Origin: Octopus sinensis
Taxonomy: Eukaryota
Assembly: GCF_006345805.1 (NCBI RefSeq)
Contig: NW_021836905.1
Location: forward strand, 1-22,124
Direction of reading: 5' to 3'
Length of the DNA: 22,124 nt
Position 1 is the stretch's first letter. Each line of letters opens with the position of its first letter. Below are positions 9,331 to 17,763 of the stretch, in pieces. Below the pieces are notes generated by a model, which saw only the letters and a program-made list of their open reading frames with translations, was not told where the DNA came from and made no database searches. The position numbers were made by a program, and so were the translations under genes.

Positions 9331-9829
9331 ATTATATGTAATTGTATTTTACATTCATTCATTTTGTGTTTTGGTAACAATGCCATTGTGTATGAAGAGT
9401 ATAAATACTGGTATAAAATGTGACGGGAAAAAATGAATTCCATGGGATTCTCCAGGGTCGAGAAGTTATGACGTCGATGTTTGTTTTGGTTCTTCAGATG
9501 TCAGGGGAAACCAACACATCACAGGAGACTGAGCAGACATTTCAAAAAATAAAGTAATGAATCCAGAAAGTTCTTCCAAGACCATGCGATTAACCAAAAA
9601 AAAAAAAAGAAAGAAATAAAAAGAAAGGAAAAGAAAAAAAGAGAACCGACTTTTAACGGACAAGTGAACTAAAGAGTTAAGGAAAATTCTTGAAAAGGGA
9701 CCAATTTTGGAAAATGTGCTGGGGATAGGGAAAACGGTAGTTCCCTTTGCTCCCCAATTAGCTACGCCACTGGGACCCAACCCTTTCATATGCATACACT
9801 CAATAATTCTATAAAGGTTTATTCTTGAC

Positions 9830-10290
9830 AACGCTCATCAACGCATCCGCCTTTCTCCAAATCATAACACGGATGTAGATCACGACACGCAATTACCCTT
9901 TTAATCACAAATCTAAGAAAATATATGATGGTTTCAACAACAAAAACCTGTCATACGAACTATTTTAAATACCATCAACATCAGCAAAGCATTCGACTCT
10001 ATTACTCATTGTCTACTCATAGAAAAAATATTTAAACCACCTGAAGAAATAGTGTTAAATACTGGCTAGCAGACTGTCTGGCTGCCAGGAGAGTGTAATG
10101 TATTGGAAGAATACTTCCAGAGTTTTGCTATTTCCTACAGGACATTCTCACACCTCCACAAAATATCCAAATGACACCACACTCACAACCTTCCACCTTT
10201 CCTCGGACATTGTTGCGTAACCATTTCAACGCTACTGTAATCACCAAGAAACTTAGCTCCACTTCAACAGATCTAAAGTAGTACCTACAA
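9830..10290 (+). mobile_element. Highly degraded non-LTR retrotransposon reverse transcriptase relic (CR1/L2/Jockey-type)
   Basis: Ordered motifs: INISKAFDSITHCLLIEKI (D.SKAFD; 9974-10030), KYWLADCLAARR (W..FL..R), LQDILTP (QG.IL.P-like), KYPNDTTL (YADD-like; 10161-10184), *LHFNRSK (10254-10277). Several frameshifts. Confidence 0.62.
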
Positions 10291-10358
10291 AATCACCTGT
10301 CTTCCTTCTTACCACAGTAGAAGAGAACACCTGGACGTTCATGCTTGTTTTCAGACTT

Positions 10359-10720
10359 CTTAGCGAAGGCGGAGGCATTGTTTTCAGTCGTACTTGTTTG
10401 TCCGTGGACAAAATATCTCAAGAACCGCTGAATGGATTCGGATGAAACTTTCAGGGGTGTTTGGCCTCGTGACTGGCACGAACTGATTAGATTTTGGGAT
10501 CGATCCGGTATCGGACAAGGATTCTGGATTATTTTTCCTGTTTCTTTTTATTTTACTTAATTTTTGAGAGCGGTCGGATTCATTTTTAGTATTCTCGTTT
10601 GTGAGTGCAGTCGAGTTAATTTCAGATATTCTCATTTTAAAAATCATCTCCTCTAATCGTTGAGAGGATGCTGGTGTTGCCTTGGTGGGGGTTTGCACTC
10701 TCTGGGTGCTATTGTTTGTC
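10359..10720 (+). mobile_element. Non-autonomous Helentron/DINE-like (HINE) element
   Basis: 5' CTTAGCGAAGGCGGAGGCATTGTTTTC..AAATATCTCAAGAACCGCTGAATGGATTCGGATGAAACTTT; 3' CCTTGGTGGGGGTTTGCACTCTCTGGGTGCT. These match the widespread ..CCGCCAAGGAGG / CCTTGGCGGAGG..GCGCTCT..GAGTGC architecture (recognised from memory). Ends approximate. Confidence 0.6.
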
Positions 10721-10754
10721 TTTGATTCTAGTTTGCAGAGTGCAGTCGGGACGA

Positions 10755-10935
10755 ATAGACAATTTGGAAAATCGCTATGCAATAGAATTCTGTGCTAAAC
10801 TGGGTCAAATCGCTACAGAAACTTATGAAAGGCTTTAGATTGCTTATGGATTAACTTAGTCGCTTGCACAAGGGGTTTAAGGACGGTAGAGACGGGATGT
10901 GGGAGGGCCAGGGACGTCAGAACATCAGAACTGGT
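10755..10935 (+). mobile_element. Mariner transposase N-terminal HTH fragment (pseudogenised)
   Basis: (ATA for ATG)DNLENRYAIEFCAKLGQIATETYERL*IAYG, then after a deletion/frameshift HKGFKDGRD. This matches mariner EQRYAIKFC.KLGK.ATET...L..AYG...W.K.FK.GR. Confidence 0.82.
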
Positions 10936-10987
10936 TGAGAGATATATGTCTATGATGACAATAAGCATTGTTAAATGATGTACTTTA

Positions 10988-11603
10988 TTCTTTTCTACTC
11001 TAGGCACAAGGCTCAACATTTTGGGGGAGGGGGTCAGTCGATTTGATCGACCCCAGTATGCAACTGGTACTTAATTTATCGACCCCGAAAGGATGAAAGG
11101 CAAAGTTGACCTCGGCGGAATTTGAACTCAGAACGTAGCGGCAGACGAGATACTGCTAAGCATTTCGCCCGGCGTGCTAACGTTTCTTATTTCTTTATTG
11201 CCCTCAAGGGGCTAAACTTAGAGAGGACAAACAAGGACAGACAAACGGGTGAAGTCGATTACATCGACCCCAATGCGTAACTGGTACTTATTTAATCGAT
11301 CCCAAAAGGATGAAAGGCAAAGTCGACCTCGGCGGAATTTGAACTCAGAACGTAACGACAGACGAAATACCTATTTCTTTACTATCCACAAGGGGCTAAA
11401 CACAGAGAGGACAAACAAAGACAGACAAACGGATTAAGTCGATTACATCGACCCCAGTGCGTAACTGGTACTTATTTTATCGATTCCGAAGGATGAAAGG
11501 CAAAGTTGACCTCGGCGGAATTTGAACTCAGAACGTAGCGGCAGACGAAATACCGCTAAACATTTCGCCCGGCGTGCTAACGATTCGGCCAGCTCGCCAC
11601 CTT
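10988..11603 (-). mobile_element. SINE family B: head plus three units, with TSD
   Basis: B-box segments at ~11124, ~11341 and ~11524. Flanking AATGATGTACTTTA (10974-10987) and AATGATGCACTTTA (11604-11617). Confidence 0.93.
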
Positions 11604-11672
11604 AATGATGCACTTTACTGAATGAAACATTTAAACGTGTCTGATGAGCTGATCTTTATAAATCGATACTTG

Positions 11673-11699
11673 AATCGGTCATTATCCTAATGACCGATT
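11673..11699. repeat. Perfect 12-bp hairpin with 3-nt loop
   Basis: AATCGGTCATTA-TCC-TAATGACCGATT. Confidence 0.9.
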
Positions 11700-12085
11700 T
11701 AAAATGTCAGTAACCGTACGTTTAGATCTTTGTTGAAAATGGAAGTGTATTTTTTTATCTTCCAGTCATTAGATTGCGGCCATGCTGGGGCTTGGAGAGG
11801 TTGTCACATTTCAAATGTCTTTAGTCATAGGTCTGTCCAGGTATGTAAAATCATTAGATAAGGTAAAGCTAAGAATACTTTTTAAGAAGTCGAGATGGTC
11901 ACTTTTAGAATATCTTTAGTCATAGATCTGTTCAATGGATATAATGCCCTAATATTAGAAATCGATATTAATGTCGATATCACGATTTGATCAGATTGAT
12001 CGATAATCTCGAGTCACTGGTTGTAGGTATTTTGTTACTTAGCTTCTCTTTTTTTTTTAACAGCGGGGCTCTTCTGAGCGAACTA

Positions 12086-12503
<418 letters not shown>

Positions 12504-12509
12504 CATCCT

Positions 12510-12875
12510 CTAATAATTTCAAATTTCGGCATAAAAGCCAGCATATTTTGAGGGGAAGGGGAGAAAATCGATTTCATCGATCCCAGATCTTGACTGGTAC
12601 TTATTTTGTTGACGGCGAGCTGGCAGAAACGTTAGCACGCCGGGTGAAATGCTTAGCGGTATTTCGTATGCCGTTACGTTCTGAGTTCAAATTCCGCCGA
12701 GGTCGACTTTGCCTTTCATCCTTTCGGGGTCGATTAAATAAGTACCAGTTACGTACTGGGGTCGATATAATCGACTTAATCCGTTTGTCTGTCCTTATTT
12801 GTCCCCTCTATGTTTAGCCCCTTGTGGGTAGTAAAGAAATAGGTACTTATTTTGTTGACCCCGAAAGAATTAAAA
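12510..12875 (-). mobile_element. Old SINE family B tail/core fragment interrupted by a younger copy
   Basis: GGCATAAAAGCCAGC..GGGGAAGGGG..ATCGATCCCAG..ACTGGTACTTATTTTGTTGAC|CCCGAAAG is colinear with 2350-2430. Confidence 0.7.
12614..12841 (+). mobile_element. SINE family B, head plus one unit, 18-bp TSD
   Basis: GGTACTTATTTTGTTGAC at 12596-12613 and 12842-12859. Confidence 0.95.
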
Positions 12876-13560
12876 GCCAGAAGAGATGCCGTTTAGAATT
12901 TTGTCCGATATGGTAACTCTTCTGCCATGTGGCCTTCTTGTGCTATCCCACTGTGGAAGATATTCCCCTCCTTCACCTTTTAGGAGATAGGAGTCTTGGA
13001 CTAGCTGCGACAGAGAAGATGTCTCCAGAAAATTGTCGGAAGCCACTGAGGAGCAAGTCGTTAAGAGACGACGTGTAGTGCAACAGGAATAAGCATTGAG
13101 AATGGTAGAAGCATCTGGCCCAGAGTCGCAACATCTATTTCTTTACGACCCACAAGGGGCTAAACACAGAGAGGACAAACAAGGACAGACAGGCGGATTA
13201 AGTCGATTATATCAACCCCAGTGCGTAACTGGTACTTAATTTATCGACCCCGAAAGGATGAAAGGCAAAGTCGACCTCGGCGGAATTTGAACTCAGAACG
13301 TAGCGGCAGACGAAATACGGCTACGCATTTCGCCCAACGTGCTAACGTTTCTGCCAGCTTGCTGCCTTACCCAGAATCGCAACATCTGACTCAACAAAAC
13401 TCGTGCTGTTGAGAGAGAGAGTGTTGCCGCCAATGTCAGTAGGGGACCCCAAACAGCTCTGATAACACATTAGAAGAGGTCGAAACACCTACAATGTGTT
13501 TCACTGCCTGACGAGACATCGATTCCTGCATTCGGAGTCAGGGTATGGCAGCACCCTCAC
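12876..13560 (+). mobile_element. Possible degraded Penelope-like 3' end (endonuclease tail plus pseudo-LTR), interrupted by a SINE at 13137-13369
   Basis: Frameshifted fragments NSSAM / EIGVLD / CDREDVSRKLSEA / CNR / GISIENGRSIWPRV resemble the PLE endonuclease C-terminus. Two decayed hammerhead-like motifs follow at 13459-13551. Weak similarity. Confidence 0.35.
13137..13369 (-). mobile_element. SINE family B, head plus one unit, 18-bp TSD
   Basis: CCCAGAGTCGCAACATCT (13119-13136) and CCCAGAATCGCAACATCT (13370-13387). Confidence 0.95.
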
Positions 13561-13796
13561 TGCACAAGTGTTTACCCTAAATCTAATTTGTTCTTTCGTT
13601 ATTTAGCGTACACTGGGGCACAGTTTGAGGGAGACTTGGCTGTTAATTGTTGTAGGTCGAGTGACCAAGTGGAGTAAGGATAAGGAATCATTTCAGCGCA
13701 TTTATTCTCGTTTATCGAAGCAACAAGCTGGCAGAATCGCGAGTTCATCGGGCAAGATGCTAGTTCTGTACGTTCTGATTATGTATATAATCAGCC

Positions 13797-14197
13797 CTGT
13801 GGTAAGTAGCTTGCTAACCAACCACATGGTTCCGGGTTCAGTCCCACTGCGTGGAATCTTGGGCAAGTGTCTTCTGCTATAGCCTCGGGCCGACCAATGC
13901 CTTGTGAGTGGATTTGGTAGACGGAAACTGAAAGAAGCCTGTCGTATATATGTATATATATATATATATATGTGTATGTGTATGTATGTTTGTGTGTCTG
14001 TGTTTGACCCCCCTAGCATTGCTTGACAACCGATGCTGGTGTGTTTACGTCCCCGTCACTTAGCGGTTCGGCAAAGAGACCGATAGAATAAGTACTGGGC
14101 TTACAAAGAATAAGTCCCGGGGTCGAGTTGCTCGATTAAAGGCGGTGCTCCAGCATGGCCGCAGTCAAATGACTGAAACAAGTAAAAGAGTAAAAGA

Positions 14198-14199
<2 letters not shown>
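13797..14199 (+). mobile_element. SINE family A, nearly full-length (A-box end clipped)
   Basis: Colinear and highly similar to 1110-1505; tail AAGTAAAAGAGTAAAAGAGAA. Confidence 0.93.
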
Positions 14200-14232
<33 letters not shown>

Positions 14233-14237
<5 letters not shown>

Positions 14238-14405
14238 CTGTCTTCCCTTCTCTGGATCTTTCCTTCTATGTTTCCGACGAAGAGCTCCGTTCGAAACGTT
14301 AAACCCTCCTTCTTTCCTTCTTTCCTGAGCGTCCAATAATACTGTATTTGTTCCACGTCCTCGCGTTGTTGTGTTTTTTTTGTGCTTTCTTGTTTGGATT
14401 AACTT

Positions 14406-14406
<1 letters not shown>
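14233..14406 (+). mobile_element. Short non-repetitive insert in a (TA)n tract, probable PLE pseudo-LTR/3' fragment
   Basis: 174-bp pyrimidine-rich segment bounded on both sides by (TA)n; contains a PLE-type hammerhead motif. Confidence 0.6.
14270..14304 (+). ncRNA. Minimal type I hammerhead ribozyme-like motif (U4C variant)
   Basis: GTTT-CCGACGA-A-GAGC-TCC-GTTC-GAAA-CG-TT-AAAC: stem I GTTT/AAAC, stem II GAGC/GTTC (one G-U pair), palindromic AACGTT stem III, core C(C)GANGA...GAAA. Confidence 0.6.
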
Positions 14407-14438
<32 letters not shown>

Positions 14439-14443
14439 ATGTA

Positions 14444-14490
<47 letters not shown>

Positions 14491-14512
14491 TCACATATAT
14501 ATATATATATAT

Positions 14513-14672
14513 ACGACGGGATTCTTTCAGTTTCCGTCTACCAAATTCGCTCGCAATGCTTTTGTCGGCCCGATGCTACAGTCGAAGACACTTGCCCATG
14601 GTGCCACGCAGTGGAACTGAACCCGGAATCATGTGGTTGGGTAAGCCAGCTTCTTACCACACACCCACGCCT
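14513..14672 (-). mobile_element. SINE family A, 5' half (tRNA head and core)
   Basis: Reverse complement of 1099-1260, running into a (TA)n/(TG)n tract. Confidence 0.88.
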
Positions 14673-14900
14673 GTTCTTGTATATATAAATATATATATAC
14701 ATACACATACACACACACATATTTTGTAAATATTGCTTGCGTGTTGTCTTCTTTATTTGTAGTATATTAATGATGCAAGCTTTTATCTTGATCGTTTTAA
14801 TACAGACAGTCAAAAGCAAAAACAAAAAAAAATGAAAAGAAAGAAAACCTTGGTTTTAGTACAAATGTCTCATTACAGTTTTATACACAGAAGTACTTAC

Positions 14901-14915
14901 ACCATTCGCTGTCAT
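14901..14915 (-). CDS. Putative first coding exon of an unidentified host gene (M-T-A-N-G, phase-0 intron)
   Basis: AAAAAGGAG-ATG-ACA-GCG-AAT-GGT|GTAAGT. It is the first ATG downstream of the predicted TSS, with G at -3 and a consensus donor at 14900-14895. No second exon was found in the window. Confidence 0.5.
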
Positions 14916-15009
14916 CTCCTTTTTAATAACCAGCTGCCGATGTCTACAGAAGCCAGCGGCGGCTTAATTATATGATGTTCAGTGAATGTCTGCGACTGTG
15001 TACAGAAGA

Positions 15010-15048
15010 ACGATGTGATATCGTGTAATCTGTTGCCTGGTTATATAA
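15010..15048 (-). promoter_or_regulatory. Candidate Pol II core promoter: TATA box plus initiator
   Basis: Minus-strand TATATAA (15047-15041). TCACATC matches YYANWYY with A at 15016, 31 nt from the first T of the TATA box. Confidence 0.5.
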
Positions 15049-15153
15049 GTCTTAGCTGAGGAAACGTAATATTTTCATGTACATTAAGAGACGAAAACAT
15101 TGATGACAAAAAATCTAAGCATTTTGTAATATTTTTATTCGTTTTATCCAATA

Positions 15154-15335
15154 CTAGCAGTATCGCCCGGCGTTGCTCGGGTTTGTTTCTTCAACGGAAT
15201 GAAGAGCAAGCCTTCTTCTATCATACTCTCAATTTTGGTCAACTTGCGCCGCAGGGTCTCGGAGGAGATAGAGTTAGTTGCAGGCTACCAAACCTGCCAT
15301 ACACCCACAGACAACTTCAGCTTTATATATATAGA
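15154..15335 (-). mobile_element. Non-autonomous Helitron, 182 bp
   Basis: Minus strand: A|TCTATATATATAAAGCTGAAGTTGTCTG ... CCCGAGCAACGCCGGGCG (hairpin) ATACTG-CTAG|T; no TSD. Confidence 0.85.
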
Positions 15336-15353
15336 TTATTATTATTACTATTA

Positions 15354-15775
15354 CTAGCAGTATCGCCCGGCGTTGCTCGGGTTGGTTTCGACCCGCTGGA
15401 ATTGGAATTTTTGAAAAGTAAAAATTTTGCATTAAGTAGCTTGTTATTCTCTTTAAGTGAACATTTTTCTGGTTGAAATACACCGAAAAGTGGCGACACA
15501 GCAGTCAGAAAATCGTAAAAAATAGGGATTTTCATAGAAAAAAGCACCTTTGTTTCGACCCTTTAGAATTGGAATTTTTGAAAATTAAAAATTTTGCATT
15601 ATGTAACTTGTTATTCTCTTTAAGTGAACATTTTTCTGGTTGAAATACACCGAAAAGTGGCGACACAGCAGTGAAAAAATCGTAAAAAATAGGGATTTTC
15701 ATCGAAAAAAGCCCGTTTTTGATGTAAATAATTTTTGGTGTTAACATGGTCCGATTTGAATTTTATCATAAGAGA
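15354..15775 (-). mobile_element. Helitron 3' portion with a 167-bp internal tandem duplication, 5' end missing
   Basis: Same CTAG/hairpin terminus at 15354-15383. GTTTCGACCC units start at 15385 and 15552. Confidence 0.8.
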
Positions 15776-15793
15776 TAAATAAATGAATTCATT

Positions 15794-16277
15794 GTATGTA
15801 TGTATGTAGGTATGTATGTATGTATGTATGTATGTATGGATGGATGGATGTATGAATGTATGTATGTATGTATGTATGTTGGTGGTTGTAGTGGTGGTGG
15901 TGGTAGTGGTGGTAGTGGTGGTGGTGGTAGTGGTGGTGGTGGTGGTTGTGGTAGTGGTGGTGGTGATGGTGATATGGTGGTGGTGGTGTTGGTATTGGTG
16001 GTGGTGGTGGTAGTGGTGGTAGTGGTGGTGTTGGTATTGGTGGTGGTGGTGGTAGTGGTGGTAGTGGTGGTGGTGGTAGTGGTGGTGGTGGTGGTGGTGT
16101 GTTAGCGGCGGCGGCGGCGGTGGTGGTGGTGGTAGTGGTGGTGGTGGTGGTGGTGGTGGTGGTGGTATTGGTGGTGGCAGCGGTGATGGTGGTGGTGGTG
16201 GTGGCAGTGGTGGTGGTGGCGGCGGCGGCGATGGTGGTGGTGTTAGCGGCGGTGGTGGTGGTGGTGGTGGTGGTGGT
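15794..16277. repeat. (TATG)n followed by (GGT)n/(GGC)n compound microsatellite
   Basis: Directly visible. Confidence 0.97.
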
Positions 16278-16791
16278 TTCGTCTGTCGCCAGCGTTGTCG
16301 TGTCATTGTGTCACCACCATCAATCAATAACAACAGATATATTTTATCTTTCACGTTCCACATTTTGTCTTAAAAACATTCATCGAAAGTACTTTTGCTA
16401 AAATGTCAGCTTTAAATATCAAAGATAACTCTTCTGGGTTTTTTTCTCTTGTTTACTTTTTTTTCATCTCTTCTTCTTGTACTTCAGGCAGGTCATGCTT
16501 GATCTATCATATCTCTGTTAGAAAAGCGTTCCAGCAATGACATGTAGACAAGTATAACAAGAACTACAACCACTCAAAGTGTCTCGCTTCTTAAAAACCT
16601 CTCGAGTAGATTTCCAAGCACATTTCACAATCACAATTAATTTATAAAATCAATATATCTTAAAGTTCTTTAATCAAATTTATCTGAATATCAACTAAGG
16701 ATATAACATAATTTATAACGTATAATTTTAGTGATTAACAAAGAATATTTAATAAATCTTAGAGCGAGTTATAAACAATAGCTGCAACACA

Positions 16792-16931
16792 TCGTGACGT
16801 ATATTTACCATTTAAGTATGGCTAACCCCTAAGGGTGGATGCTACTGTAGTTTGTAGCCCCCAGGGGGACACCTCCTAGCCAGCTGGCTTTAGACACACT
16901 TTCTGTGCCCTATCAGTATTTGCAATGGGAA

Positions 16932-16982
<51 letters not shown>

Positions 16983-16994
16983 GTGGTGGTGATG

Positions 16995-17028
<34 letters not shown>

Positions 17029-17061
17029 CGATGATGACGATGATGATGATGATGATGGTGG

Positions 17062-17112
<51 letters not shown>

Positions 17113-17286
17113 CGATGACGATGATGATGATGATGATGATGACGATGACGATAATTTGCAAATACTGATAGGGCACAGAAAGTGTGTCTAAAGCCAGCTG
17201 GAGGAGGTGTCCTCCTGGGGCTACAAACTACAGTAGCATCCACCCTTAGGGGTTAGCCATATCTAAATGGCAAATATACGTCACGA
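16792..17286. mobile_element. Fold-back/MITE-like element: ~132-bp inverted arms around a (GAT)n core
   Basis: 16792-16925 and 17156-17286 are reverse complements with about 7 differing nt. The spacer 16926-17155 is almost entirely GAT/GAC/GGT triplets. Confidence 0.85.
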
Positions 17287-17419
17287 AAGAATATTTAAAT
17301 TGTGAGAATGTCTGCGCTTTAACTAGATAAACTGCAGATACACGCCTGTTTTAATGTACATAAACGTCGAGTTCAGTAATACGACCTTCTATGTTGGAAT
17401 AGCTGTTTCGTTAAGAGGT

Positions 17420-17560
17420 TTACTTTGTGACTACGTGGTTTCGGGTTCAAGTACAATTGCGTGGCATTTTCTACAAGTGTCTTGTACTATAACCCCAGAA
17501 CGATTATTATATTTTTGATTGGCGGAAAACAGTGTGAAAACCCTTCGATTATGTATGTAT
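17420..17560 (+). mobile_element. Old degenerate SINE family A head
   Basis: CGTGGTTTCGGGTTCAAGT..TGCGTGGCA..CAAGTGTCTT..ACTATAACCC followed by TA/CA repeats. Confidence 0.6.
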
Positions 17561-17571
17561 ATATATACACA

Positions 17572-17618
<47 letters not shown>

Positions 17619-17763
17619 TTATTCATTTTTATACTTTTTGTGATCTAGTTATATTTTTTATAAAAATATATTTTATTTTTTATTTATGATTTGGTTTATG
17701 TCTATCATTGTTTGAATTGCATAATAGTGTTTTTTTCTCTAATTTATACATGCATATATATAT

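Noticed and set aside
9755-9772. TAGCTACGCCACTG resembling a DNA-transposon TIR end
   Set aside because: No partner terminus or TSD found in the window.
14901-14915. MTANG is identical to the N-terminus of vertebrate fascin-1
   Set aside because: Five residues are uninformative, and that extension is not known to me to be conserved in invertebrate fascins; no gene symbol assigned.
15620-16401. 247-aa Pro/His/Thr-rich minus ORF and poly-Val/Gly plus ORFs
   Set aside because: Microsatellite translation; the C-terminal part is Helitron sequence.
16455-16555. Strong plus-strand polypyrimidine tract + CAG acceptor (also 9480-9555)
   Set aside because: All frames after the 16488 acceptor stop quickly. 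The 9498 candidate has only a weak donor and no recognisable peptide.
16905-17191. Poly-Asp/poly-Met ORFs
   Set aside because: Translation of the (GAT)n core of the fold-back element.
16741-17298. AAGAATATTTAA direct repeat as TSD of the fold-back element
   Set aside because: The left copy lies ~40 bp outside the arm, and the motif is AT-rich, so a chance match is likely.
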